Assembly: GCF_006345805.1 (NCBI RefSeq)
Contig: NC_043001.1
Span: 99,138,001-99,202,000 of the forward strand
Direction: 5' to 3'
Source: Octopus sinensis
Taxonomy: Eukaryota
Length of the DNA stretch: 64,000 bases
The translations under genes and the position numbers were made by a program. Shown here one piece after another: positions 12,071 to 25,046 of the stretch. The notes under the pieces were generated by a model. The model worked only from the letters and a program-made list of their open reading frames with translations, made no database searches and had not been told where the DNA came from. Each line of letters opens with the position of its first letter. The stretch's first letter is position 1.

Positions 12071-12434
12071 GTGCATTTTTTTTAGATACTTATGTGGTCA
12101 TACTTATGTGGTCACAGAACCTTCTCAGCCTCAGTAACTATTCCAAACCCCCGCTTTGACTTTCCTATCTCTTATCATTATAGGTGTGTTCTACACTGCT
12201 CAGCTTTGTCCAGCCCTTTCTTCTCAACCCTCTAGAGTATTTTCCTTGCTCATGTATTTCTTGCAGGTGTTGATATACTTCAGTTTAAACAAAAGAAGTA
12301 TCACACCCACTGGCCTTAAAGGGTCTGCAAAAGCCACCAGGTAAGGCTTTCCTGCAGACTCAACAAACAAATAAAAACAAAATTATGCACATTATCACCT
12401 CTATTTTGATGTGCTTGTGTTAAACCAAGATGTA

Positions 12435-12665
12435 TGTTATATTCAAGGTGTCACATAAAAAGCACTGGTGATGGTGCCACATTAAAAGCACCCAGTACAC
12501 CCTGTAAAGTGGTTGGCATTAGGGAAGGCATCTAGCTGTAGAAACCAGGCCAAAACACAGTATGTAACCTGGTGTGGCCCGTGGCCTTGCCAGTTCTTGT
12601 CAAGCTGTCCAACCCATGCCAGCATGGAAAACAGACGTTAAATGTTGTTGATGATGAAGAGCAGG
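12435..12665 (+). mobile_element. RTE LINE 3' UTR/tail fragment
   Basis: GGTGCCACATTAAAAGCACC...GGTTGGCATTAGGGAAGGCATC...AACCCATGCCAGCATGGAAAACAGACGTTAAATG, as at 43340-43600 where it follows an RTE ORF end. Confidence 0.8.
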
Positions 12666-13532
12666 AGGATCAGCATACTTGTCTACTTAACATGCTTTGT
12701 GCTCTCACTCCCTATACCCACTTACCTTGGTTCTTCTTTCATTGTTATCTCCCTTCTATTCACTCTCTTGGTTATGTTTACTTTGAACAAATGGAGATAT
12801 TATAAAGCAGTGAGAACTCTTTAGATTATGACACACAAGGCAACCTCACTAATGCTGATGCCACAGTAAAATGCACTTAGTTCACTCTGTAATGTGGTAG
12901 GTGCAAGGAAAACTATCTAGGTGCAGAAACCATGCCAAAACTGGAATGCACGAGCAAGATGTGGTCTTCCGACTCATCTCAGAAGGAAATTACTCTAAAT
13001 AAACTCTATCTTGGTATAATCAATGCCATCATAGAAAGCAGCCATATGATGATGACAGAAATCATGACAACAATAGTGACAGTAGTGGCAGCAGCAGCAA
13101 CAGTAGAAGCAGCAACAACAGTACCAATGAGGGCAACAATCATGCCAGATGATAAAAAAAAAACACAAAAGGAATTGCAAAATCATATTAATACCAAAGT
13201 TCAAGAGTTACATTGACTGTGGCTAAATTATAAACAGAAATGAAGAGATAAAGATAAAATGAGAATATTAGTTCTAAATAAGTTCCTTATCTCTCTCTCA
13301 TACAGAGAACCAGTATTACACCCTCTCCCCACTTATGGTACTACTGTTCTATTGTTAATTGGGTGCGACATCTGTTATCTATTTATTCACATGCCATTCC
13401 TTTCGTTTGTTATGTTTGCCCCTTCTCTCTCCACCTCTGGCTATTGTTATTGTTGTTGTTAGGATAAAACAGGAATGATCTCTCCTAAGAGAACACTTAC
13501 TAAGGTTTACAGATTGACTTAAAAATATTGTA

Positions 13533-13572
<40 letters not shown>

Positions 13573-14199
13573 TGCCTGTGTATGTCCATATGTGTGTTTT
13601 TCTTTGCCTTGAGCCCTCAACTCCTGATAAAATCAGAAAGGCATAACTGCAAGAGAAATAAAGAGGAGGTGGAGGGAGAGAGAGAGAGAGAGGACTCTGA
13701 AATGATTGAAGGAAAAGTTGACCTTGCAGAAATTTGAACTTTGAACACAGATATGCATACACAAACGCACACATACATACACATGCATATGCTCGCACTT
13801 TGACGTGCCTGTGTTCACACACACATGTATATATGCGTGTGTGTGTGGTGTGTGTGTGTGTGTGTGCAATGTAACAGGGATAGAACTAAAAAATCAATGG
13901 GGGTGAGTACTAATTAAATTAATTGAGCCTGTGGATAGATTTGAATCTATGGTTGTAGCCCCACCCCATCATTTAAACTGCTAACACCATTTGAGCAATG
14001 ATAGTATCTAACATCAACAGTTACCTTTGTTGTATTCTCTCCTCCCTCTCATCATTATTCATGCTGACCCAGACCAACATAAACCTTCCAATTCTGAGCC
14101 TTTACATAAGTAGTTGCTTAAACTGTTAGAAATAGCAACCACATTTCTTCAAATAGTACTCTACTGTCTTTATAAAACAAAATAAAGCAGCTGTATGTG

Positions 14200-14460
14200 T
14201 GGCTGTGTAGTAAGAAGTTTGCTTCCCAGCTTCCAAACCACATGGTCCTGGGTTCAATCCCACTGCATGGGCAAATGTCATCTATTCTCATTTTGGGTCA
14301 ACCAAAGGCTTGTGAAAAGATCAGGTAGATAGAAACTGAAAGAACCCCATCACATATATGTCTGTTCTGTGTTTGTGCTTGCACCCAACCACCACTTGAC
14401 AACCATCGTTGGTTTGTTTACATCTTGTCAACTTAGTTTTGCATAAGAGGCCTATACAAT
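14200..14460 (+). mobile_element. tRNA-head/CORE-like SINE, decayed
   Basis: GTGGCTGTGTAGTAAGAAGTTTGCTTCC...GGTTCAATCCCACTGCATGGGCAAATG..., homologous to 20501-20900. Confidence 0.75.
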
Positions 14461-14464
14461 AAAC

Positions 14465-14630
14465 CTATTTTCTATTTTCTCTATTTTCTATCCCTGTTTA
14501 TTTCTGTGTTCCTTTCTGTTGAAGAGCATAGGCTCAAAACATAAAAATCACTTCCTGAGCATTAAATTAATACATCTGTTTGTTGTTTACACACCCATCT
14601 TCGTCTTTTGTTTTTTTGTAAATTCTCACT
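14465..14630 (+). mobile_element. Short non-coding element with a decayed hammerhead-like motif (family B; motif 14512-14547)
   Basis: CTTT CTGTTGA A GAGC ATAG GCTC AAAA CA TA AAAA; flanks homologous to 57834-57960, 59770-59940 and 59990-60140. Confidence 0.7.
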
Positions 14631-15268
14631 ATAGAATAAGTACCAGGCTTTAAAAAACAGGGTTGATTTATTCAACTGAAGCCCTTCAAAATGGTGTTCC
14701 GACATGGCCAGAGTCCAATGACTGAAACAAATAAAAGATAAAAGGATATTTTCCACAGTGTACTCCTTGCTATGCAATAAGACTTGATGGTCATGGTTGA
14801 AATGCCCCGGATGAAATGCAAAATTGACTTGAGTGAAATTTGAACTTAGAGCATAGAGAACTAGAACACAGGTTACATTAGACAATATAGTTCTAAATCA
14901 AGTATGGGCAGCCTTTTTTCAAGAGGCAGTATCACAATTTTAACATGAGTGTCATACAAGCTGCCTTTACTCTGAGGGAAAATTTCTTTGTTGCCTTCAG
15001 AAGTAATAGATCTCTGAATTTTGCTACCTATTTTTAATTTGGATACAATTTTTCTGAACAACCACCTCCTCTCATGATTGTGTTTTCAAGGTAACAGAAG
15101 CTATATATTTCTTGTGAACCAGCAGGAGATTTAAGGGTGTCTATTTGCATATGTTCAAAGTGCATATTGTTCCAATGCATCTGTCACATACAAAACTTTC
15201 CTTCTCTGTTAGCCTCCCAGTGATGCTACTATACTTTGTGTATATCCATAGACTACACTGGGTATGAC

Positions 15269-15407
15269 CAGGGTCATCTTAAGACAGTTTCTCAGGAGCC
15301 TCACAAGTCTAGGGGCCTGATTCTGATTTATGTATTCTACGGCTTACAATCAATAAATTAAATATTATAGGGCCCAGTGCACTGATTTACCTGTTAAAAC
15401 AACCCTG
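15269..15407. mobile_element. hAT-like MITE (139 bp), decayed
   Basis: Termini CAGGGTCATCTTAA / TTAAAACAACCCTG; 8-bp flanks match at only 4/8. Confidence 0.5.
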
Positions 15408-17299
15408 AGTACAGCATATGCAGTTCATGCCAACTCCATTTTCATGGTGATATGGTGAGGTTCCTATCTTCTTTTTTAGTCCCTAATATCTTAGTCTTTG
15501 ATTTCCTTGAGGCCTCTTGATTCTAGGTTTTGCTTTCATGCCTGGAGTTTATTCTCTCATTCAGCTACAGAATTAGACAAGAAATTTCAAGCAAGGAAGT
15601 AAACTACAGTTCATTAAGCAAAAGGACAAAGATGTGTTGATCCATGATTCAGTCCATTATATCAAAATAATTTATTGACCTTTGATACTAACTACTATTA
15701 TCTACTAATAGTTGGTCATTGTATTTGATTTTCTAGGTAAGCTAGGATTGAAAGTTATGATGTTCATAACTTCTCTAAATGGCTCATAACAGTATAAACG
15801 ATGGAAGTGAGCTACAACTGAGAAGTAAAATGAAACCACAACTTTAATTTGGTAACTCACCTTTTCAACTTACTCTCAAGCCTTTCCTTGCTACACATAC
15901 AAGCACTCACTCATATCTACCTGTATGTGTTTCCAATCATGACTGACTTGAGACTAATTATTGAGGCTTTAGTTTGTTATTCATATAGTGAAACATAATT
16001 AACAAGACTTACATTTAGAATTTCAGTTTGTATTTACCCCATGCCCATCTCTGCTTCATGCATTGGGTAAATGCAATCATAACACTTCTGACACATGTAT
16101 CAAACACATTTCTTTTTAGTTTCAGTGACATTCCTCTCCTTGTTTGCATACCACTTAATTCCTTGAACTTCTCATAGCAAACGGCCTCACTGAAAATGAC
16201 CCATCATCTCCATTCAACACTCCTTTTGTAACGAAATATTTTAATACCTTTTACCTTCATGACATTTCCCAGCTAAAGCTCAAATAACTTGGCTCTCTAT
16301 CTGTAACTCCTTCCATACACAATTAAACAATTAATTGTAACCATTACATTAGTTAATAATAGTTAATAACCCTCTCACTCTATTACATTTTCAATGAAAC
16401 CATCACCACCCCCACTACCATCATTGTTGGAATCATTATTGCTTTAACATCTACTTTTGCATGAGTTAGACAAAATTCATCGAGGAATATTTTATACAAC
16501 TGGATACTCATCCTATCACCAGCTTTTGTCTGTTTTCAAATAAGCTTATATTTCTCCTAGCCATATATCTGTGGAATACTCAAATACTTATGTATTAATT
16601 TAATGAATATGTAATTCGCTTAAACAGCAAAGTACTTTTTGTCAAAACTGATACTATATATCACTTAGATGTATACACATACACATACACACTGCAAAGA
16701 GGGAGCCTCTACAGGGTCTATCAATCTGCTGAAAATAACAAACCAAAATTTCCTTCAACTCCATACTATCAGCTTAAAAAGGATCATGGATAGATTGGTC
16801 CAAGGTAACAATACTATGCTGGGAAAAAAATGGGATGGTTATTTCTGGAATGCCTTTGATTATAGGATTAGCCAAGGATTAAATAAACAACAACAACCAT
16901 AATATAAATTCACAACCACATGCACTTAACTATCTATTACTTAAAACTCCAACTATTAATATGTATAATAATCTAGTTGCTTTCAACTGTTCTAGCTTTA
17001 CAATACCTGCTGCTTGTCATCTATTGGAGAATAGTTTATTGCCCTGACTAGGCCAACATTAAAAGATGGAAACAAAACAAAAAAGATAAATATTATTACT
17101 AGCACTAATGTAGCTTTTAGCTAGATAACTCTATTGACAATGCTTTTGTAGTGAACGGAGTACTAATACAGCATGTGTTATGAATAAATTCTGTAATTAA
17201 TAGAGTACCAAGTACAAATGTATGTTACAGAGTACTTACCAATACAATATGGATTATGAATAAACCCTGTATTTAAGAGAGTACTGACCAACATGATAG

Positions 17300-17860
17300 A
17301 ACACCAATCAATGGGTTATGATTTAATTCTGTACTTAAATGAGTACCAATCAATACAATACATAAGAAAATAAGACATTTCAATCTTAATGACCTGATAT
17401 TTAGACTGGTGTTCAGTGTGATCTTAGTACTTTTTGCTTCAGTACATCTGCAACATACAGAGTTTACTTTTTTTGTTAGTATATCTATGTTGCACATCTT
17501 TTGTGTGTCCATAGTTTACATTGATGGACCCCTACCTTCACTAAATTTGAAGCTGAACTCATTGTTGATTCTCACTTCACTTATTTTAGCTTTGAATATA
17601 TCTTGGACAGCCCTTATATGCAGTTCATCTATATCTAGTTTCTTTAGTGGTCACCAAAGTATTGAATATGGTACCTTGTCAAAGGTCTTTTCCAAGTCAA
17701 TGAATGCTAGGAATTATGGTTTACTCATAGCCAATTATTTTTCCTGCAGTTATCCAACTAGGAAGATTGCATCTATAGTACCACTTCAGGGCACAAAGCC
17801 AAGCTACATGTCTTATAGGGTACCTTATGGATCAATTGTGCAATGACTCTTTTTCACTGA
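17300..17860 (-). pseudogene. RTE LINE RT relic
   Basis: Minus strand FLAFIDLEKTFDKVPYSILW*PLKKLDIDE...VRINNEFS, then CNIDILTKKVNSVCCRCTEA similar to 21415-21845. Confidence 0.75.
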
Positions 17861-17924
17861 CCTTCATGGTCTGATCCAATAATTTGATGCCTCTTTAATT
17901 CCCTTTTTTTGTAAAGCATACCAT

Positions 17925-18570
17925 ATATACATATATTAGGTTGAGCCAAAGGTTTTTTGTATTTCAAACTTAAGTCAATAGTTCAAACAAATTATAAATG
18001 AAAAGCATTTATTCATCAAAATATATTCCATCATATTCTATTGTCTGTTGCCATCTTTATACCAGAAGTTCAATTCTACACTCATACCATTTGGCTTGTT
18101 TAGAGGCCAAAATCTCCCTGCACCCATTTTCAACCTCATCCATATGCTTGAGCTTCTGTCCATAAGGAAATGAGCCATGATTCAGAGAAGATGGTAATCT
18201 GATGGTGCATTTTCAGCCCTTCAAGTTCTTTATGTTTGTGCTTGGCCACAATAGCAATGTGTGCTGGGGCATTGTCATACAGTAAGAGTGCATGTCTTCA
18301 GTTGACCAATACTAAGTAGCAGGCTTTCAAAACATTATATATTCACTGCAGTCGTTGAACATAAAGATTAAAGTCCACAGCAGGATGATCTGGGACAAAC
18401 TTAAAGTGCAACATTCTCTCAAAATTCCACCTAACACATAATGTGGCCTTCTATTCAAACAGTCCTTGTTTGACAACAGGTTCTGAAGCCTTGCCAGAAC
18501 AAAGCCACTGATTTCTCTTATAATGATTATGAAAACAGATCCATTTTTCAACCCCAGTTACAATTTGACA
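17925..18570 (-). pseudogene. mariner transposase 3' half, decayed
   Basis: Minus-strand motifs LYDNAPAH and APSDYHLL, upstream TG(D)EKW-like region, TIR-like end near 17935-17960. Confidence 0.7.
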
Positions 18571-18589
18571 CCAAAAATGGGCATCTTTA

Positions 18590-18965
18590 CTTTAGTTTCA
18601 GTCATTAGACGAAGGCCATGCTGGGGCACTTCCTTGAATTTTTGTCAAATGAATCAACCCCAGTACTAATTTTTAAAGCCTGATACTAATTCTATCAGTC
18701 ATTTTTGCTGAACTTCTAAGTTACAGGGACACAAACACACCCACACCAGTTGTCAGGCAGTGGTGGTGATGATGGTGGGGGGGGGGGACAAACACAGACA
18801 CAGATACACACACACACACACAAATAAATACCTATATGTATGTATATATATGTATGACAGGCTTCTTTCAGTTTCTGTCTACCAGATCCACTCACAAGGC
18901 TTTGGTCGGCCTGAGGCTATAGTAGAAGACACTTGCCCAAGGTGCCACGCAGTGGGACTGGACCT
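18590..18965 (-). mobile_element. tRNA-head/CORE-like SINE with internal (TA)/(TG) microsatellite
   Basis: Reverse-complement homology to 20501-20900 including the CCAGCATGGCC...ATGACTGAAAC tail. Confidence 0.8.
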
Positions 18966-18999
18966 GGAACCATTATATCTATCTGTATATCTATCTATC

Positions 19000-19031
<32 letters not shown>

Positions 19032-19085
19032 GATATATATATATACATGTGTATATATACTTACACATATATGTGTATGTATGTG

Positions 19086-19138
<53 letters not shown>

Positions 19139-19149
19139 TGTACAAAATG

Positions 19150-19504
19150 TAGTGTCCACTCCAGGTAGTGCAATAGCTTTGGGTACAACTCTTTACTGCC
19201 TTGCTACAAATGTTAAGAAACCTACACAATGTGGATGTGGAGTTTTCAAAAAGGAACTGAACATTCTCCTTTCCACAATACTGGATGAACCAACAGCCCC
19301 GCATGAAGTACAAATGAAAGCAACAGTATCAAACTCCCTCTTCCACCAGATGGATCAACAACCAAAGCAAAAGTATATACAAGAGTAGTGATACGAAATC
19401 CCACTACCCTGAAGAAATCAGGCAAAAAAAGCATCCTATGTAAATGTGCAAAGTCACAGTGGTGCTCCAGCATGACTGCAGCTGTATAGCTGAAATGAAT
19501 AAAA

Positions 19505-19507
<3 letters not shown>
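19150..19507 (+). mobile_element. CR1-group LINE 3' end with 3' UTR
   Basis: TNVKKPTQCGCGVFKKELNILLSTILDEPTAPHEVQMKATVSNSLFHQ (VFK..LD..L..IPDEP...SNSL pattern), then tail GGTGCTCCAGCATGACTGCAG...CTGAAATGAATAAAAGAA. Confidence 0.7.
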
Positions 19508-19544
<37 letters not shown>

Positions 19545-19549
<5 letters not shown>

Positions 19550-19730
19550 ATCCAAACAAGAAAACACAGAAAAAAACACAGCAACGCGAGGACGTGGAAC
19601 AATTAAAGTATTATTTGACGCTCAGGAAAGAAGGGAAGGAGGGTTTAACGTTTCGAGCGGAGCTCTTCGTCGGAAACAAAGGAGAAGGAAAGATCCCGAG
19701 AAGGGAAGACAGAAGAAAAAAATATATCTT
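19545..19730 (-). mobile_element. Short non-coding (TA)n-associated element carrying a hammerhead-like motif (family A)
   Basis: Motif at 19643-19677; the downstream TTCCTGAGCGTCAAATAATAC resembles family B TTCC(T/G)GAGCATTAAA(T/A)TAATAC. Confidence 0.7.
19643..19677 (-). ncRNA. Candidate minimal type-I hammerhead ribozyme
   Basis: GUUU-CCGACGA-A-GAGC(UCC)GCUC-GAAA-CG-UU-AAAC: 4-bp helix I, 4-bp helix II, palindromic ACGU helix III, GUU triplet; deviates from consensus by U4C and an extra A after A9. Confidence 0.6.
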
Positions 19731-20500
19731 TGCTGGTGGTGCTCAAGAGATCACATGCACACACACACATGCATATATGTATATATATATATATATATGT
19801 GCATATGTTTGTGTCTGTTTGCATGTGTGAGTATGTATGTAAATATACATACACACACACACACTTAAATATACACCTTCACACACATACTCAGAGACCT
19901 ATAGCTGCAAAACTACAGGAATGACAAATATTAACGGACACTCCTATACTATCATACCAACTATCTATTGTCTAGAAATAATTCAAATTGTTGTAGCTGT
20001 CTCAATACAAATGATTAACAGTCTGTATTCCTATGATGGATAATTACATAATTAAATTTTAATAATTGATTTTAGTCAAAATATTAAGAATGATTTGTTG
20101 GTGCTCATTCTTAGACCCTCCCTGATTGAACAAGCTTAAGATCAATGATACTCCATTCATGACCATCCCATCTGTCTTTCCAGACATAGTCTACCTAATC
20201 TACATGAATTATCTAATACATCTTTCATGATAATGATGGTGGTCTCCCTTCTCCTCCTCCATTTCTCCTCCAACATAAGAATCATAGTTTTATACTATTA
20301 ATTAAGTAGACAAAAATATGTAAAAACTCAAACTATCAACTAATATATCTAAATAAATAACTATATTAATAATAACTAATATAACTTCTTACAATAAGAA
20401 TAGACAAATAAATAAATAAGTAAAAGTAGCAAATAAATACATACTTAGATTTATTTTTTTTACCAATAAATACATATTAAGATTTATTTTTTTACCAATA

Positions 20501-20900
20501 GGCATAAGAGTGCTGTGTGGTAAGTAGCTTGCTTACGAACCACATGGTTCTGGGTTCAGTCCCACTGCATGGCATCTTGGGCAAGTGTCTTCTACTATAG
20601 CCTCAAGCCAACCAAAGCCTTGTGAGTGGATTTGGTTGACGGAAACTGAAAGAAGCCCATCGTATATATGTATATATATATATATGTATGTGTGTGTATA
20701 TATGTTTGTGTGTCTGTGTTTGTCCCCCCCAACATTGCTTGACAACTGATGCTGGTGTGTTTACGTCCCCATAACTTAGAGGTTCGCCAAAAGAGACCGA
20801 TAGGATAAGTACCAGGCTTACAAAGAATAAGTCCTGGGGTCGATTTGCTCGACTAAAGGCAGTGCTCCAGCATGGCCACAGTCAAATGACTGGAGAATAA
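20501..20900 (+). mobile_element. Near full-length tRNA-derived SINE (CORE-like box, internal microsatellite, LINE-like tail)
   Basis: A/B-box-like head GTGTGGTAAGTAGCTTGC...GGTTCAGTCCCAC; GGCATCTTGGGCAAGTGTCTT; tail GCAGTGCTCCAGCATGGCCACAGTCAAATGACTG; further copies near 11690, 25920-26130, 26600, 28780-29130, 30245, 32500-32945, 48210-48400, 54225-54590, 58057. Confidence 0.85.
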
Positions 20901-21414
20901 TAATAATGTAGAAGTATATATCATGAACATGGTGGATAGCTCAAATGCTAAAGGCAGATTTATAAACGTATATAGTTAATGAGGAATATGTTAATAGACA
21001 TACTGAATAGAGATGAAGATAATGGCTAGCTTGTAAAAAACTGGTTTACACTGCCAAAAAGGGTGAATAGTAACATGACATAGCTCTTCTGAACTATGTC
21101 TATCCCTTGTCCAGTGAGGTCAAAATCAGCCTCTAGCTATTTTTAGGACAGAATCCAAGAAGCACATGCTACAATTCAATTGGAATGAACTCCCCATCTG
21201 TTAGGATGTAGTAGAAAACAGCAGTCAATTTTGCCCCGATGAAGGCTTTTGCTTTTTCAAATTCATAATGCAATTTAATTACATAATATGGATTTGAGTA
21301 ATAAACTGAAATGCATCAGCAACATAAATTGACTATTATAATAAAAACATTGATTATTCTGTGTATGCATTCTCCATTTTCTTTGCATTGTTAAAATTTT
21401 TTCTCCTATATCGA

Positions 21415-21845
21415 AAAAATGGAAACATCTAGTTTTTCTCCCTGGAACGTGGCGGAAGTTGTTCTCTGCACATTTTCAGTGTTTATTGCTCCTAAGCATC
21501 TGCCACATACAAAAACTATCTTCCCAGTTAGCCTTCCATTGATATTGCTGCACTTCTTATGTGTCCATAGCTTACACTGGGTACAACTTATTGTGTTTCT
21601 ACCTACACTTTTTCTACGGATCGAGCAGGGCCAACTACCTGCAGGGATTTGTGGTTTGCCTGCCTTTCTACTTATTAGGACTTTGGTTTTAGCTAGGTTG
21701 ACTCTAAGACCCTTCGAATCTAATCCTTGTTTCCACACTCGAAACTTCTCGTCTAGTTCTGATAGTGACTCAGCAATTAGAGCAAAGTTGTCAGCATAGA
21801 GGAGCTCCCAGGGGCATCCTGTCTTGAATTCCTCTGTTATTGCCA
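21415..21845 (-). pseudogene. RTE LINE RT fragment with downstream Cys/His finger
   Basis: WELLYADNFALIAES...GLRVNLAKTKV...CTQCKLWTHKKC...FVCGRC (YADD changed to YADN). Confidence 0.88.
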
Positions 21846-22054
21846 TATATATATATATATATATATATTCGACTGGCTTTCCAAACATGACCATCCTGTT
21901 TTTTTGGGGGTGGGGGTTTCTCGGATAATGTGTCCAGAAACTACATTAGGCAATCTTGCCTAATTTTTGTTTTAGAGTGTCATTTGGAGAGTGAGATTTG
22001 ACTGATATTTCTGTCAGGTTGAGTGATAGAATAGAGGTTCTCATTGGCTTATGA

Positions 22055-22085
<31 letters not shown>

Positions 22086-23419
22086 GAGGTGGTGATGGTG
22101 AAGAGGAAAATGTAGAGTAATAGGTAGAGGAGATGAATGTAGAAATGGAGGAGGGAGAGGAGGATGGTGGTAGCAGCTGTTGTGGCAGTGGCAATGATGA
22201 TGATTGATGATCATGGCACTTATGATGGTGGTGAGGACAGGAGGAGCAGGACGAGAAGAATGACACCAAAGCATCACTATCATCATCATCAACACAACAA
22301 CAGAGGAGTCTCTATGTGGTCACTCAATCTGCCAAAATTAACAGCCAGATTCTTCTGAGATTATACTCTACCATCTATAAACAAAAATAAAAGGGAAGAG
22401 AGAGTGGTCACAGCTGGAATACTTTTAATCATAGATTTGCATTATGAAAGTTGATCTGGGGTTAATTAACAACAATAACAACAAATATATTTCCATCAGT
22501 AGCTCTACTTCTGTTCTTTTCTGTCAGTGGCTCTAGTACTGTTGTTTTCTGTCCCCAGTTGGGGATTAATTATAAATATGTTATGTCATTTTACATTGAA
22601 GCTATTGATTTCAAATTTTGGTACATGGCCAGCAATTTTGGGGTAGGGATAAAGTCAATTACATCATCCCCAGTGATCAACTGGTACTTATTTTATCAAC
22701 TGTGAAAGGATGAAAGGCAAAGTCAACTTCAGCAGAATTTAAACTAAGCATTTTGCTCAGTGAGCTAACGTTTCTGCCTGCTTGCCACCTTCTTTTTACC
22801 TTGAAAATATTAGCAGTTAATTCTTTCTTAACAATAATCCAGTGTCTTACAAGTTGGCAAAAAAAACAAAACAAACAAACCCAGAACAAGTTATTTACAT
22901 AGATTTAAGAATGCATTAAAATGTAACCACTTAGGGTTTTTTTAGTTTTTGTTTTGGTAGTTGTGGTGGTGGTGAAGACACATTTACAATAGATTGTTGA
23001 GCTACTGCTTGTAATGTGTCAGTGAGTAAAAGTTTACTAATCAGTTGGATGACCTTTTCTTGATTGCTGTCTCCAGATGTTTATGTATGTTGCAGCTGTA
23101 ATACACAGTCTGATTTTGACAAGTCTATCACTCACCCCACCACCACCACCACCCAGCCAACTGAAACATAATACTTTTTATTTCAGTAACAAATTCTATT
23201 TTGTTGAAATGGAAAGCAAGCAGTTTACATTGTTATTTTTTTATTTTTGTTTTTATACCCTTTATAATCCTTCCTGAGTTTGGAATGTAGGAGTTTTGGG
23301 GATTGGATTCTGGTCCAACTTACTTTTGGATTTAGACTACTCTAGAATACAATTATATGGGGGTTTAGTAATCCCTCAGAACATGAACAGACATGAATTA
23401 AAGACATTTAGAAAAGTAC

Positions 23420-24340
23420 CCAATAAATTTTTGAGAAGTTCACCTACAAAGTAATTCACCAAACTTACTTGCTCACAGTAAATTTTTTTGATATAAGACT
23501 AAATCTAACTTGAGAAAACATCCTTATAGAAAACCAAAATAATGTTATACATTAATAAACAATCTAGCCACCCACTACACAAATACTAGAAGTATAGCCC
23601 AGAGAATCTTTACAATATTATTTGACAAAACAATATTTGACTAAGCAGCACCATTCTACAATGATGTCCTAAAAATGAATGGGTTTGAAGAAAAAATTAA
23701 AATTCATATCTAAAATCACATAAATAGACCATAAACCAAACAGAAGCATTAAAAGAAAGATTTGATTTAACACCTTCTTCTGTCTGAATGTAATGACAAA
23801 TATAGCAAAACATTTCTTTTTTAACATTAATCACCAAAATAAAATAGCTATCATAAGTTATTCAATAAAAACAACATGAGTTAGCTACAGCTCAGGGGCG
23901 GACTGAGGGTATTAAGGGTCCTCAGGCATAACTGTTCACAGGCCCCTTAGCATTAATATCAAAGATAGTTAACATGTAGAGCTCTGGACCCTTGGGCAGT
24001 GCCTGGTTGACTGACAGCTCAGTCTGCCCCTGCTATAGCTGTACAAAAAGCCAAAAACAAGATTTTACTATAAATAAGCAAATTTCTTGAGAAATCAAAA
24101 GTATGTGGCCATAAATAGATGTAACTGTAATGAATCAAAACTATGCTCATTAAGTGGGAATTATCTACAAAGAGAAGTAATCTACAGGGCAACAATAAAA
24201 ACAGAAACTATATCAGAGCCACAAGTAGGACATTCAAAGCCAGATACACACAACTGCACTTATTTTTGCAATATATTTTTAAGCCACAAGTTATCTCTAT
24301 CAAGCACATTAATAATATGGATATGAAGTAGGCAACAATA
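23420..24340 (+). pseudogene. Decayed Penelope-like element (RT C-terminus plus GIY-YIG)
   Basis: VNFLDIRLNL...FD*AAPFYNDVL...RKI*FNTFF...; then CNCNESKLCSLSGNYLQREVIY and YIRATSRTFKARY. Confidence 0.72.
23893..24032. mobile_element. hAT-type MITE (140 bp) nested in the Penelope-like relic
   Basis: TIR CAGGGGCGGACTGAG / CTCAGTCTGCCCCTG (14/15); 8-bp TSD CTACAGCT / CTATAGCT (7/8). Confidence 0.85.
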
Positions 24341-25046
24341 GATCAGGCACGTTAACATAAAAAAGAGATGATATCATATTAACACCATCATAATAAATTT
24401 ATTTTAAAAACTGATCCAAGTAACAAATCTGATGACAACAAAAATTGACATGGCAGTACCAATTCCAACAGAATAGTGAAACAAAGTGATCAACAAATGA
24501 ACCAATAAAAAAGAATAACTATTTAGAGATATGAGATACAACAGAATAACAAAAATTTGGCAATTCCCAGACAGGCCATACCCTACAGAGTCAATACAGA
24601 AATGAAAGAATACGACTATAGGATGATGTAATTTTAAGCAACATCAGACATATCACCTGCAGAGCTCACATAAAATCAGCAGAATAAGAATTTGAAGAAG
24701 TGGAATATAACAAGAAAATCAATAGAATGATAATTTTGGTGAAACCGGATACAATGATGAAATTGACCAGTAGTGATAAGACCACCTCTGAATTAACTAA
24801 TGGAAAGCAACACTATGATAATGATCTAAAAGACATAAATCAACCAATGAAAATAAGTGACAATCTGGAAAAAGCTTAATATAATAGTGAAATTGTTCAC
24901 TGGTGATAGAATAACTGACAAATTAGTGAATGAAAAATGACAAAATGACAACAATAAGGAACACTACATTAACAAAATAATATTTTGAAACTTACCAAAG
25001 AAAGCAATAGCTATACACTGAAGAATAATGAACCAATTGCAATGTA

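Noticed and set aside
12182-12215. GVFYTAQ resembling FDXR exon 2 (GFYTAQ)
   Set aside because: Lies downstream of the next exon, lacks the GSGPA motif, and similarity does not extend
20505-20575. tRNA gene
   Set aside because: Only the A/B-box head of a SINE; no complete cloverleaf
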